DNA of 64,000 bases from assembly GCA_036918135.1 (NCBI GenBank), contig JBALDB010000028.1:205076-269075 (forward strand), written 5' to 3'. This DNA comes from Nostoc sp. (GTDB lineage Bacteria > Cyanobacteriota > Cyanobacteriia > Cyanobacteriales > Nostocaceae). The stretch's first letter is position 1; every line of letters begins with the position of its first letter. Shown piece by piece: positions 1 to 10,615 of the stretch. The notes beneath the pieces are model-generated. The model had not been told where the DNA came from and did no database searches. It saw nothing but the letters and a program-made list of their open reading frames with translations. The position numbers and the translations under genes were made by a program.

Positions 1-87
1 TTGGGTATTTTTCAGCTAAAACCTTACAAACGTTGTCAAAACTCACAATTTACTTCCCATTTCATAGTTGTGATACTCACACCACAA

Positions 88-391
88 TTTGATACTCGCC
101 GACGAGTCTTTAATACTCGCGAACGAGTCTTTGATACTCGCCGACGAGTCTTTAATACTCGCGAACGAGTCTTTGATACTCGCCGACAAGTCTTTAATAC
201 TCGCCGACGAGTCTTTGATACTCGCCGACAAGTCTTTAATACTCGCCGACGAGTCTTTGATACTCGCGAACGAGTCTTTGATACTCGCTGACAAGTATTT
301 AATACTCCTGAATGAATCTTTAATATTCGCCGACGAGTCTTTGATACTCGCGAACCAGTCTTTGATACTCGCCGACAAGTATTTAATACTC
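88..391. repeat. 21-bp tandem repeat, ~14.5 copies (TTTRATACTCGCSRACRAGTC)
   Basis: Units start at 88, 109, 130 ... 361, with a partial unit at 382. Most units contain ACTCG-N4-CGAGT. There are no spacers. Confidence 0.95.
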
Positions 392-446
392 ATGAATACA
401 ATTCAGCTTTCTATCTGCCCCATGCCCAATGCCCCATGCCCCATTC

Positions 447-1364
447 CTACTTAGATAAACGCGTCATTTCAAACAATTGCTGGGCATTATTTCCTAAAAA
501 AGCATCAAAAAGTACCTGCCTTCCAGGTTCTACTTCCACTAGATAGCGCTGGGCAATTTCATAATAGGCGTAAGTCCAAGGAATCTGAATTTCTAGACCA
601 CTGTTATCATCTAACACCGTCACCATTTCGGTTACAGCTTGAGTCGCCGTTTGTCGCAAACCACACGCAACATTTCCTTCTATTTCTGCTTTCATTGGTA
701 CGCCCAAGCTAGCCAAACCATTAGCGGTAGTGTCTATATTTGGATATTTTGCAGTGTTCTGGGCGTTAATGTAGCCTGTGAAGTGGTTGACAGCATATCC
801 GTGCAGCAATACCCAAGCCCCATACTGAGTAACCTGATTCACTTGTTCGACAACAGAACGCCGGGGAGGTAGCCAAGGACGCGTAAATATTTGTTGGAGT
901 TGTTTAGCGATGATTTCAATATCCTCTTCTTTTTCTAAAAGAGAATTAACAGGTGAGGTAAGTTGATATTGAATTGAAGATACTGTTTTCGAGATTACTT
1001 GAGCAATATTGCTAGGTAATTCATCAACAATCAACTCGCTGATAAACAGCTTAGGTAAGTTAAATTTCTCTTGCTGCGGATGATAATAATGACGGGCATA
1101 CAAATGAGTTTGAGCAAAAGTATACTCGCCAGCCGCAACATAACCTAAAGCTTCTACAATTTTTCCCAGGTAGTTAATGCCCAGGTTAACTTCACCGTGT
1201 GGGCTATCTACGAATAGACGCAAAGACCGAAAAGCAATGTGGTCATTAGCGACATTCCCACCCGCAGCAGTAATCATCTGCTGGTAGGTAAGGGCATGAT
1301 TTACTCTGGCGCTGTATTCTTGCCAGAGTAATTTCCACAGATGAAGGGCTATTTCAGGTTTCAT
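447..1364 (-). CDS. DUF1338 family protein (HglS-like 2-oxoadipate dioxygenase/decarboxylase)
   Basis: Motifs NDHIAFRS, KLFISEL, VNHFT, LRQTAT and YYEIAQR match the DUF1338 His/His/Glu metal-site pattern. ATG at 1364 preferred over GTG at 1394. Confidence 0.8.
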   Translation of the reverse strand: MKPEIALHLWKLLWQEYSARVNHALTYQQMITAAGGNVANDHIAFRSLRLFVDSPHGEVNLGINYLGKIVEALGYVAAGEYTFAQTHLYARHYYHPQQEKFNLPKLFISELIVDELPSNIAQVISKTVSSIQYQLTSPVNSLLEKEEDIEIIAKQLQQIFTRPWLPPRRSVVEQVNQVTQYGAWVLLHGYAVNHFTGYINAQNTAKYPNIDTTANGLASLGVPMKAEIEGNVACGLRQTATQAVTEMVTVLDDNSGLEIQIPWTYAYYEIAQRYLVEVEPGRQVLFDAFLGNNAQQLFEMTRLSK

Positions 1365-1423
1365 AATGTTGATGTGAATGAATGATTTTTTCACGCACAG
1401 GCGCAGAGAGTTTTTGTGTGGGG

Positions 1424-2737
1424 TTAGAGAATATTCGAGAGAATTTCGAGGGCGGTTTGAATTTGGTCACTGTCGATAATTAGAGGCGGACAAAAACGAA
1501 TTGCGGCTTTGCCACAACCTAGTAATAATAAACCTCGTAAGAAGGATTCTTGGATAATGCGATCGCGCAATTTATAATCCAGATTACCTGTTTCATCTAA
1601 TAAGTCCACCGCAACCATTAAACCTTTTCCTCGTGGCGGCGATACTCTGGAAAATTTTTGATGCAGCTGGGTAAGTCCAGTTTGTAATAATTCTCCCATT
1701 TGGCTAGCATTGGTCATTAAACCGCTTTCTAGCAGTTCTAAGGTGGCAATACCAGCTGCACACGCTACGGGATTACCGCCGAATGTGGTAGCGTGTGAAC
1801 CAGGAGGCCAAGTCATTAACTCTGGTCTAGCAAGTATCGCTCCTAAAGGCAGACCGCTAGCGATACCTTTGGCGGTAGTAATAATATCAGGCATCACTCC
1901 CCAATGTTCGATCGCAAATAGGCGACCTGTCCGCCCCATGCCAGCTTGGACTTCATCTACTACCATCAAGATACCGTGGCGATCGCAAATTTCCCGAATC
2001 CGTTGTAAAAAACCATCCTCTGGGACGATATACCCGCCTTCTCCTTGAATCGGTTCCACTACAATCGCCGCTATTTCTTGCGGTGGTAAAGTTGTGGTAA
2101 ATAGCTGTTTTTCTAAGTAATCTAAGCTAGCGTGAGTGCCATAAGGAATATGAGTTATCCCTGGAACTAAAGGGCCAAAACTGGCTCGCTGCACTGCTTT
2201 TGAACCAGTCAGAGACATTGCCCCGTATGTACGTCCGTGGAATGCGCCTAAGAAGGCAACGATTAGCGATCGCTTGGTGTAATATCGAGCTAGTTTAATC
2301 GCTCCTTCGTTGGACTCTGCCCCAGAATTGGTAAAAAATACTTTGGCGGGAAAACCAGTGTTATTCTCTGGTTGGGGAAAGGGAGCGCGAGTTGCCAATT
2401 TTTCTGCTAATTCTACCATCGGTTCATAATAAAAATCCGTCCCCGACATGTGCAGCAAACGCGCCGACTGTTCTTGAATGGCCTTGACAACTTGTGGGTG
2501 GGCGTGTCCGGTGGCGGTGACGGCGATACCTGCGGTCATATCCAGAAATACATTGCCATCAACATCTTCCACCATACAGCCTTCGCCGCGAGCCACAACT
2601 AAAGGATAATCGCGGGTATAAGAAGGAGAATTGACGGCGCGATCGCGTTCTATAATTGCTTGAGCGCGAGTCCCAGGTAACGAAGTGATTAGACGCGGTG
2701 TCCGAGGTAAATTTAAGTTAACAGGAATACTTAACAT
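1424..2737 (-). CDS. Class III PLP aminotransferase (omega-amino acid: GABA/ornithine/lysine type)
   Basis: Motifs DVDGNVFLD, NSGAESNEGA, AFHGRT, EPIQGEGG, DEVQAGMGRTG, AKGIASG and TTFGGNP. Confidence 0.9.
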   Translation of the reverse strand: MLSIPVNLNLPRTPRLITSLPGTRAQAIIERDRAVNSPSYTRDYPLVVARGEGCMVEDVDGNVFLDMTAGIAVTATGHAHPQVVKAIQEQSARLLHMSGTDFYYEPMVELAEKLATRAPFPQPENNTGFPAKVFFTNSGAESNEGAIKLARYYTKRSLIVAFLGAFHGRTYGAMSLTGSKAVQRASFGPLVPGITHIPYGTHASLDYLEKQLFTTTLPPQEIAAIVVEPIQGEGGYIVPEDGFLQRIREICDRHGILMVVDEVQAGMGRTGRLFAIEHWGVMPDIITTAKGIASGLPLGAILARPELMTWPPGSHATTFGGNPVACAAGIATLELLESGLMTNASQMGELLQTGLTQLHQKFSRVSPPRGKGLMVAVDLLDETGNLDYKLRDRIIQESFLRGLLLLGCGKAAIRFCPPLIIDSDQIQTALEILSNIL

Positions 2738-2898
2738 AATTTTTTAGAATTACTAATGATTCAACTACAAAATCAAATTATTTACAGTAATTTGTAATTC
2801 GTAATCGTGACTTCACCCATCAAAGGGAAAGCTAAAAAACAAAGCAATTGAATTCCTCTGTCCTCAATTACGAATTACTAATAACTAATGACTAATGA

Positions 2899-4398
2899 CT
2901 AATTTCTATTATCTATTTGGGCGCGTTGCAAACTTCCTGAAAAGTCAACATAAACACTTTTCCATTCTGTAAATACATCTAAAGCAGTGCTGCCAGCTTC
3001 CCGATGTCCGTTGCCGGTTTGTTTGACACCACCAAAGGGTAAATGTACTTCTGCCCCAATGGTAGGGCCATTAATATAAGTGATACCTGCTTCAATGTCG
3101 CGCATGGCAGTAAAAGCGCGGTTGATATCGCGGGTATAAACTGAAGAGGAAAGACCGTAATTGGTATCATTGAGAATGGCGATCGCTTCTTCAAAAGAAC
3201 TCACCTCAATCAATGCCACTACTGGGCCGAATATCTCTTCACGAGCAACGCGCATATCGGGAGTTACATCATCCAAAATAGTCGGTTGAAAGAAGTAACC
3301 ATTTTTTAATTCGCCAATAGCTGCGATTTCTCCACCAATTAAAACCTTTGCTCCTTCCTCACGGGCAATTTCTAAATACTTGCTTACCTGTTGGAGTTGC
3401 TTTTCGTTAATAATCGGCCCGATATCTGTATCGGGGTCAATGCCAGCACCTAAGCGTAACTTACTAGCACGCTCAGAAAGCATAGCAGTAAATTTTTCTT
3501 TGATGTCCCGATGCAAAATCAGGCGACTGGTAGCCGTACAGCGTTGACCGGTTGTGCCAAAAGCACCCCAGACTGCACCATCTAAAGCCAGTTCTAAATC
3601 GGCATCTTCCATCACCACCTGGGCGTTTTTGCCGCCCATTTCTAAACAGACACGCTTGTGAGTGCGTCCGCAAGTCGCGCCCACAAAAGCGCCGGTTTGG
3701 GAAGAACCAGTAAAGGACACCAAATCAACACCGTTATGTTCGACTAAAGCTTTCCCCGCTTCTTCTCCTACACCATGCACCAAGTTAATTACTCCTGGCG
3801 GTAAACCTGCTTGTTGGAAAATTTCAATTAATTTAGTTGCACAGGCAGAAGTATCTTCAGCAGGTTTGAGGATAACTGTATTACCACAAACCAATGCTGG
3901 CATAGCTTTCCAGCAAGGAATTGCCACCGGAAAATTCCACGGGGTAATCAAGGCGCAGACACCTATAGGCATTCGCACCGTCATGGCGAATTTATTTGGC
4001 ATTTCCGAGGGTGTAGTTTGCCCAAAAAGTCGCCGTCCTTCGCCAGCGCTGTAAAAGGCGCAGTCAATACCTTCTTGCACGTCTCCCCTAGCTTCACTCT
4101 GGGGTTTACCCATTTCTCGACTGATTAACTGGGCAAGTTCTTCTTTATGTTCGAGTAATATTTCCCCGACGCGAAAAATGTATTCTGCCCTTGCCGGAGC
4201 AGGGACTTGACGCCAACTGTGGTAAGCTTTGCGGGCAGCTGCTACCGCTATGTCTACATCCTTGGCTTGGGAACGGGGAAATGTAGCAACAAGTTCGGTT
4301 CTGTCAGCAGGGTTGCGGCTTTCGAGAGTTACTTCCCCTACAGCAGTCAACCATTGACCGTCTATGTAATTGCGGCAAGATAGCGGAGTTATCATCAC
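2899..4398 (-). CDS. NAD(P)-dependent aldehyde (semialdehyde) dehydrogenase
   Basis: Motifs ITPWNFP, FTGS, LEMGGKN, GQRCTA (catalytic Cys), EEIFGP and PFGG. Confidence 0.95.
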   Translation of the reverse strand: MMITPLSCRNYIDGQWLTAVGEVTLESRNPADRTELVATFPRSQAKDVDIAVAAARKAYHSWRQVPAPARAEYIFRVGEILLEHKEELAQLISREMGKPQSEARGDVQEGIDCAFYSAGEGRRLFGQTTPSEMPNKFAMTVRMPIGVCALITPWNFPVAIPCWKAMPALVCGNTVILKPAEDTSACATKLIEIFQQAGLPPGVINLVHGVGEEAGKALVEHNGVDLVSFTGSSQTGAFVGATCGRTHKRVCLEMGGKNAQVVMEDADLELALDGAVWGAFGTTGQRCTATSRLILHRDIKEKFTAMLSERASKLRLGAGIDPDTDIGPIINEKQLQQVSKYLEIAREEGAKVLIGGEIAAIGELKNGYFFQPTILDDVTPDMRVAREEIFGPVVALIEVSSFEEAIAILNDTNYGLSSSVYTRDINRAFTAMRDIEAGITYINGPTIGAEVHLPFGGVKQTGNGHREAGSTALDVFTEWKSVYVDFSGSLQRAQIDNRN

Positions 4399-4580
4399 AA
4401 AAACCTCCGACCGATAATCCAGTGGAACTTGTGTACTAAGTTTGCTTACTTTCTAGGTTATCGTCAAGTCTGGAAAATCGTGGAGTTTAGACTAACCCAT
4501 GAGAAAATCACTCAGCAGTACTGAGTTAATAAGCTATACATCTATAACTAGGTTTTGATGGTCTTGTTACCTATCAAGAT

Positions 4581-6767
4581 TTATACCAGAAGCAAAAGTT
4601 TACTAATTATCGGTAGTAATTTAGTAGATGCCTCTACAAGTTTTGCTGCTTCTGGCAAGCTGGAAACAGTACCTTTCAAAATCTTAATAGCTGTTTTTGC
4701 AGCTTTTTGAAGTATATTATCCTCTGGTTTTTGGGCCGCCTCTGCTAAAGTTTTTATTTGCTCTAAAGCTTCGGCTTTATCTTCTTCAGGTAGATTTGGT
4801 TCAGCTTCAATAGCCGCCTGCAATTGAACTAATAACTCTTTAAGACTAGGCTTGTCTGGTTCAGAAGAGTCAGGTAAATTGCTAATAGTGTTGGTGACTG
4901 ACCCCCTAATTTCTCCGATGATAACTCCTGTCATTTTTTGATTTTCTCCAGCAGCAGCTATACCGCTAACACTTCCTTCAACATTATCAATGCTGATATT
5001 ACCTTTACTTTGAGACATAATGAATTCTCCTTGATGTTGATAAGTTTCTACATAAAACTTAGGTTGTTGTATAGCAGATACTAAAAGTTTTTCTAACATC
5101 TGAATTTGCTGGTTTTTTTCTGTAATTCCTGCAAATATCCCTTGCATTTTACTAGAAGATAAAGTTTTAATATTATCATATTTTTCAAAATACTCTGCGC
5201 TTAATTCAGAGCGATCGGCTGTTCCTTTAACTTTAACTTGAAGTCTAATTTTTTCGTTACCTCTTCCTTCTAAAGCTACAACTTCAATTCCAGCTTGAGG
5301 ATATTTATCAGCTAGTTCTTGCAGTGCAACTGCTGCGGCTCTGGGATCAATTCCATTACGATGGAAAATATCAATGCTTTTGAAAGTCGTTGCAACTTTC
5401 CGCATATCAACATTTTGACTACGATATAAATCAAGTGTTTTGATCATAGGAGCAATAAAGTCAGAAAAATCCCCTTCTTGAAAGCTTTCCTCATTATTGT
5501 CAGGTTTTCGATAAGGATCGGGATCGAGCTTCGTTGGGAGTCGCATGTATACATGTTCGCATTCCACTTGAAGTAGCTTAGTTTCAATTGAAATCCCCCA
5601 GTTCTGAATATAAGCTCCAGTTAAACATGCTTTTGTCAGGTCTGTACGATATAGCTGTGTTTGTACAAGTTTTGCCATAGATAATGTAGCCTGCTGTAAA
5701 TTGGCTTCACTAAGATTTGCCCCAATAAAACTAGCGTCTTTGAGATTGGCATTCTGTAAATTTAAACCTGCAAGATTTCGGTAGTCAAAGTTTTTACCTC
5801 TGCCGTCTTTAGTAAGTACTAATTGTCGTATATCCTGTTCTTCCAAATAAGTTTCTTCAACACAAGCTAGATTGAGCTTTTGAGTATGTAACCAGCAGGT
5901 ACGAATTAGATTAGCTTTTCTAAAATCTGTGTTTTTAAGTGTTGCTCCTGTGAAATCTGCATCCGTTAAATCAGCACCACGAAAGCTTGTACCACTTATA
6001 GCAGCAAAGTCAATGGCAATTCTCCTAATCCATACTAATTCTTTATTTGTGCCTGTAGCTTTCCAAGCAAGATAATTATTAAAAAATGATATTGCTATGC
6101 TTACAAGAACGCTTAGAACTTTAATCTCTTTCTTCGCGGCAAATAAACCTGGAATTAAAAATGGAATAATCCCAGCAGAAAAAATAGATATAATTATAAC
6201 TATAGCTACAGCTATATTTATACTATTAACCAAGTTCACAGCTAATATTTCAACTAAAGCTGATATGAAAAGTAGAGAAACAGATAACAGTAAAAAGATA
6301 ACTACAGGTGTAAATGCGAATTTATTTTTGATGAAATAATCTAAAGTTATTGTTATAGGAATAGCTAAAATTATCAATACTGATAGACTTTTAATTCCTG
6401 CTATAATTCCTTTTTGAATAGTAATAATAGAAATATATAACAGAATAAATAAGACTAATAGACCAGGTACATAAGAAAGTTCTCCAAATTCTTTTCTGTT
6501 ATTAGAAGTTAGTAATTGTGTAGCGAAAATCCCAACACTAGTGGAGAGTATTCCTGCTAATGCTGCTAAAAGTAATGTAACTAAAAACCAAATAAGTATC
6601 CAGTAAGTTTGCAGTCCGGCTCTTACGCGACTAAAGTTGGCATTTTTGAGGATAGCATTGTCAAATTTTGCCCCTCGTATATTAGCACCACTAAAATCTT
6701 GATTTGTCAGATCGCAGTCCTTAAAGGAACGACCTTGAAGATTCGCATTATGGTAATTTTTAATCAT
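4581..6767 (-). CDS. Membrane protein with pentapeptide repeats and a C-terminal helical domain
   Basis: A(D/N)LxxA pentapeptide blocks flank several hydrophobic segments. Confidence 0.85.
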   Translation of the reverse strand: MIKNYHNANLQGRSFKDCDLTNQDFSGANIRGAKFDNAILKNANFSRVRAGLQTYWILIWFLVTLLLAALAGILSTSVGIFATQLLTSNNRKEFGELSYVPGLLVLFILLYISIITIQKGIIAGIKSLSVLIILAIPITITLDYFIKNKFAFTPVVIFLLLSVSLLFISALVEILAVNLVNSINIAVAIVIIISIFSAGIIPFLIPGLFAAKKEIKVLSVLVSIAISFFNNYLAWKATGTNKELVWIRRIAIDFAAISGTSFRGADLTDADFTGATLKNTDFRKANLIRTCWLHTQKLNLACVEETYLEEQDIRQLVLTKDGRGKNFDYRNLAGLNLQNANLKDASFIGANLSEANLQQATLSMAKLVQTQLYRTDLTKACLTGAYIQNWGISIETKLLQVECEHVYMRLPTKLDPDPYRKPDNNEESFQEGDFSDFIAPMIKTLDLYRSQNVDMRKVATTFKSIDIFHRNGIDPRAAAVALQELADKYPQAGIEVVALEGRGNEKIRLQVKVKGTADRSELSAEYFEKYDNIKTLSSSKMQGIFAGITEKNQQIQMLEKLLVSAIQQPKFYVETYQHQGEFIMSQSKGNISIDNVEGSVSGIAAAGENQKMTGVIIGEIRGSVTNTISNLPDSSEPDKPSLKELLVQLQAAIEAEPNLPEEDKAEALEQIKTLAEAAQKPEDNILQKAAKTAIKILKGTVSSLPEAAKLVEASTKLLPIISKLLLLV

Positions 6768-7123
6768 TAGCAGTAGTGCTTAATAATTTTAAGTAAGTCT
6801 GCTTTCAGAAAAACCTTAAACAAAGTTAAATTAACTGCCATAAATCAAAAACTTATAAATTTATTGATTAAGAAAATTTTACTAACAGAACTAAAACATT
6901 TTTTAGTAAGAAATAAGCCTCAAATTAATGTAATTAGAATACATTACTATTCAATATTAGCTAATACACAGATAGCTCCAGAAACTAAATATAAATTTGA
7001 GATTATTTTATGAGTATTTTTTATTTAAGCCCTATTAATAAATAAAAATTATAAGATAAATGTTTAAGTATGATTGTGTCTAATTTAATTTGTAGCATTC
7101 AAGTTTTAGATTTAAATTTTTAA

Positions 7124-7711
7124 TTAAATGTAACGAACTGAATTATTTATATCGAAAACAATCTGGCAGACATGACCTTTAAAAGTAAAACAGAATACAA
7201 CTAGCGAGTTTGGATTAGATTTAGCTAATAAATTTCCTACTTGATAGGAAGTAGTTTTAACTATTTCTTCTGAACCTTTAATAGATTTAGATCTCTGAGC
7301 TATTTGGAGTGTACCTAATTTATCTGATGATAATCGAAACTTATCTGGATGAGCAATAAACCAAAATAGCCCATCTTTTTTTGATTTTTGCAATCTACCA
7401 TTTGATTTTAAATATCTTACTTTATTACCAGCAGCTTTATTAATATTCTCAAAAAATTTATTGTTTAAGTGAATCTTCTCACCACGTACAAGACGTTCTA
7501 TTTGCTCCTCAGATAAGCCCCATTTCCGATCGAAGGATATATAACGAATTTTATCAGAGTTGTCTTTAAACCTTTGAAAAATATTTTTATTTGCAAATGT
7601 TGAATAGCTTTGTTTAACTGATGCATGATTACTTAACAAGGCAATTGTATATTCGGTGGGAGGTAGTTGATTTACTACAGCTATGTGCATTCCAATAAGC
7701 ATTATCAGCAT
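7124..7711 (-). CDS. Hypothetical basic protein in AT-rich DNA, possible N-terminal signal
   Basis: 195-aa ORF with no recognisable motif. Confidence 0.55.
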   Translation of the reverse strand: MLIMLIGMHIAVVNQLPPTEYTIALLSNHASVKQSYSTFANKNIFQRFKDNSDKIRYISFDRKWGLSEEQIERLVRGEKIHLNNKFFENINKAAGNKVRYLKSNGRLQKSKKDGLFWFIAHPDKFRLSSDKLGTLQIAQRSKSIKGSEEIVKTTSYQVGNLLAKSNPNSLVVFCFTFKGHVCQIVFDINNSVRYI

Positions 7712-7913
7712 ATATTTTTTCTTTTTCTAGAAGATTAATGGCTATACAAAAATTCAACATACTTTAGGCAAGAGTATCACAATTGAGTATATCATTTAAA
7801 ATCTAATTTTTTTAATGCATTATGTAAAATATTGAATATCTTAATGACTTTTAAGCAATTTTATATTACTCTGATTAAAGAATATTTAAAATTTCCATGT
7901 CAGTACTTGTTTA

Positions 7914-8144
7914 CAAACAAATATTTGTTGGCTTTGCTGAGAAAATGAAGCCTTAAAAAAATTTAAATCAGCATTTTATTATTCTTTTATCAGAGAGATA
8001 AAAGAACATTAAGCTATTTGCCTATTAGTGCTTGCTCTCAAACAAATATTTGTTGGCTTTGCTGAGAAAACAAAGCTTTAAAAAAGATTCAAATCAGCAT
8101 TTTATTATTCTTTTATCAGAGAGATAAAAGAACATTAAGATATT
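7914..8144. repeat. ~105-bp direct duplication (7914-8018 and 8039-8144) with internal palindromes
   Basis: Both copies carry AACAAATATTTGTT and TTCTTTTATC-agaga-GATAAAAGAA. Confidence 0.9.
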
Positions 8145-8377
8145 CTTTAATGGAGTTTAAACTAGATAGCCAATCGAAAGAGAAAAATAAGGGATGTACT
8201 TGAATACAAGCTTCTATTAGCAGAATCACCACCACAGCAACAGAAATTGATGCAGTTTTACGTCAAACATATACCAACACAGGGTTGTCCGTTGTTAGCA
8301 AGATATCATGCTATTTAGTCATGCCCGAATGCGGTAACTCTACAAAAAATCAGAACTTTAAAGAACACAGAGAAACA

Positions 8378-9100
8378 TTAAGGCACAAATGCCAAAACCC
8401 CCACAGGACAACCAGAACCACCACGTAATCTCAGAATTGCGATCGCTAAAGTAGTACCTAATGGTGGCAGTTGATCCAAATTGGTGAGATTCTCTAGCAC
8501 AATGCGCGGTTGTTCTAATACCAGGCGGTTAGTAGCAAAGCTGTTATCTTGTCCTGGGTCTACACCATGAGTATCAATTCCTACCCCAGCTATTTGCCGT
8601 TGCTCAAGTAAAAATTGCGTGGCATCACTACCAAACCCTGGAAAGTGGCTAATTCCTTCCGCATCATGATTGAAGAATGCATTTTTATCAAACCACTTTT
8701 TTTGCCAACCAGTATTCAGTATAACTACGCAGTTAGCAGGAATTTCACCGTGTTGTTCCTCCCAAGCCAGAACATCAGCGATTGTCAGGGCATAATCAAA
8801 ATTAACTTTGACAGCTTCACGGATATCTATGACTACTGCGGGTACAACTAAAGACTGGGCTGGGTATTGGTCTATTCCGATACTATGACTATAAAAGCTA
8901 TTAGGAGCATTGATATGGGTAGCGCTATGTTCCCCCAAGGAAAAACGCCGCAGGTAATAGCCATCGTTGTTCAATTGAGCTACAGTTTCAAATTCTACTG
9001 GGGGATCGCCAGGCCATTGGGGAATGTCCAAGTCAATGACATGACTTAAGTGGATAACACGTGTGTAGGTGATACTCTTTTGATTTTCAGGTTGTATCAT
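8378..9100 (-). CDS. Cyclase family protein (kynurenine formamidase-like metal hydrolase)
   Basis: Motifs HLSH, PQWPGDP, GEHSATHINAP, GIDTHGVD and LENLTNL. Confidence 0.85.
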   Translation of the reverse strand: MIQPENQKSITYTRVIHLSHVIDLDIPQWPGDPPVEFETVAQLNNDGYYLRRFSLGEHSATHINAPNSFYSHSIGIDQYPAQSLVVPAVVIDIREAVKVNFDYALTIADVLAWEEQHGEIPANCVVILNTGWQKKWFDKNAFFNHDAEGISHFPGFGSDATQFLLEQRQIAGVGIDTHGVDPGQDNSFATNRLVLEQPRIVLENLTNLDQLPPLGTTLAIAILRLRGGSGCPVGVLAFVP

Positions 9101-9461
9101 CCCAGCCTTCTATTTAATAAAACAAAGGATTTCTCTCAAAAATGCGATGTTTAGCCTGGATTTTTAGAAAGTAATAATACAGTATTGCATTGCCCAGTGC
9201 GATCGCCGCAGCTGATTTTGCGATCGGTCACCTTGCAATACGCTTAGGTTAACGAAATTTATCTGCTGAGCTAGGCAGGGGAAGCCCTTGAGGCAGGGAG
9301 AGCAAAAAAGGACTATCTCAAACGTATTGGGTAACTATGGGCATTGATGAAGCTCAAAGAGAGATTTGAAAAATTAAAATCCACATTAGTGCTATTTTTA
9401 ACAATTTTATTAAGTACTAGCTTCGACTCACTAGCATTGAATACTAGAAATTAAATAAAAC

Positions 9462-9493
9462 GGTGCGTTAGCCTTTGGTATAACGCACCCTAC
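9462..9493 (-). repeat. GTAG-type REP-like palindrome
   Basis: Minus strand reads GTAG-GGTGCGTTA...TAACGCACC. Confidence 0.6.
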
Positions 9494-9567
9494 TAAAAAA
9501 CTGTTTTATAATGCCCGATCCCCTATTTTCAAGACAAGTTTAGTTGTCGTAAAATACTTGTCTCAGA

Positions 9568-10353
9568 TCAAAAATCTAGAACTGGCCAGTCTGGTTGGCG
9601 ATAGTAGCGTGTCATGTCATCAAACTTACGCAACTCGACGCGATCGAGCAAAAATTCTGGCAAATTTAACAACCATTGTTGATTTAACTCAGAAAACATT
9701 GTACTGAAGCTTGTGCGGTCTAAGTCAGATGGAATTTCCCCAAAATAGGCTAATGTAATATGCGCTGTAAAGTGATAGTGCTGCTCGATACCCAAAGCAA
9801 TTAACTTCGGGTTTTGATAAATTGTTCGGCGAAATTGAATAATTTCCTCGTAGCAGCGTTCATTCTGAGGTATTAAACAAACAGCTACAGCTCTTGGCAT
9901 CAGTATTAATCCCAGCATTTGCCATTGAATAGGATGATTCCTTGTCATCAATCGTTGATATTGCTGAAATATTTGGGTTAAACAAGAGTGTAACTCGTTA
10001 TCAAATTTGGGATTTTTTTCGCAGGCGTCAAGGTAAGCATTATCCCAAATTAAATCAGCTAAAGTCAGATGGAAGCTAGCTGGAGGTACGGGTACGATTA
10101 AGTCACGGTTTACAGGTAACTGTAAAAGTTCCTCTTGGTAAATCTGTAATTTGGCATAGAAAGCAGAGTTTTCTGATTCTTCTTCCGCAGGCGGAGTCAT
10201 TAACGTATAGCCAGGAAAGGGTGCTGCTTGTCTCACCCCAGAATTTGCCTGAAATTTAGAAGATTCCTGGATATGCTGGGCTTGGGATCTGTATGCTTCT
10301 GGCAGTGTCAGCCGTGCTAACCGATTTAAGTAAGTTTGATAGTTGTCGTCCAA
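9568..10353 (-). CDS. DUF1868 / 2H-phosphoesterase family protein
   Basis: Two HxT motifs (FHLTL, AHITL) plus PFPGYT; TTG start. Confidence 0.75.
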   Translation of the reverse strand: MDDNYQTYLNRLARLTLPEAYRSQAQHIQESSKFQANSGVRQAAPFPGYTLMTPPAEEESENSAFYAKLQIYQEELLQLPVNRDLIVPVPPASFHLTLADLIWDNAYLDACEKNPKFDNELHSCLTQIFQQYQRLMTRNHPIQWQMLGLILMPRAVAVCLIPQNERCYEEIIQFRRTIYQNPKLIALGIEQHYHFTAHITLAYFGEIPSDLDRTSFSTMFSELNQQWLLNLPEFLLDRVELRKFDDMTRYYRQPDWPVLDF

Positions 10354-10450
10354 TCTTCATAGCCTCACGCTCTCACTTGATAGATTTTAGGGAAAATTAT
10401 TCAGATTAACAGAATCATCTCAAAAGTATTTAGTTTTTTAATGTAACGAT

Positions 10451-10581
10451 TGGGGAGTGGGGAGATGGGGGATGGGGAAGTGTGGGGAGTGTGGAAGTGT
10501 GGGGGGAAAGATTTCTTCCCCATCTTCCCACACCCCCCATCCTCCCACACCTCCATTTGTTCCCCATCCTCCCACACTCCC
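10451..10581. repeat. G-rich/C-rich inverted short-repeat array (STRR-like)
   Basis: GGGGA/GTGTGG tracts are followed by complementary TCCCC/CCACAC tracts. Confidence 0.8.
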
Positions 10582-10615
10582 TGTTTGCCTGATGCCCCCA
10601 TTAAGAGGTAACTCT

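Noticed and set aside
88..391. CRISPR array
   Set aside because: The units are contiguous with no unique spacers, and there are no cas genes in the window.
1..454. Three overlapping ORFs (1-291, 43-393, 89-454) as real genes
   Set aside because: They are open only because the 21-bp repeat is a multiple of 3; there is no independent coding evidence.
10457..10615. N-terminal extension of HolA
   Set aside because: It is translated from the G/C-rich repeat; the real start is ATG 10616, after GAGG.
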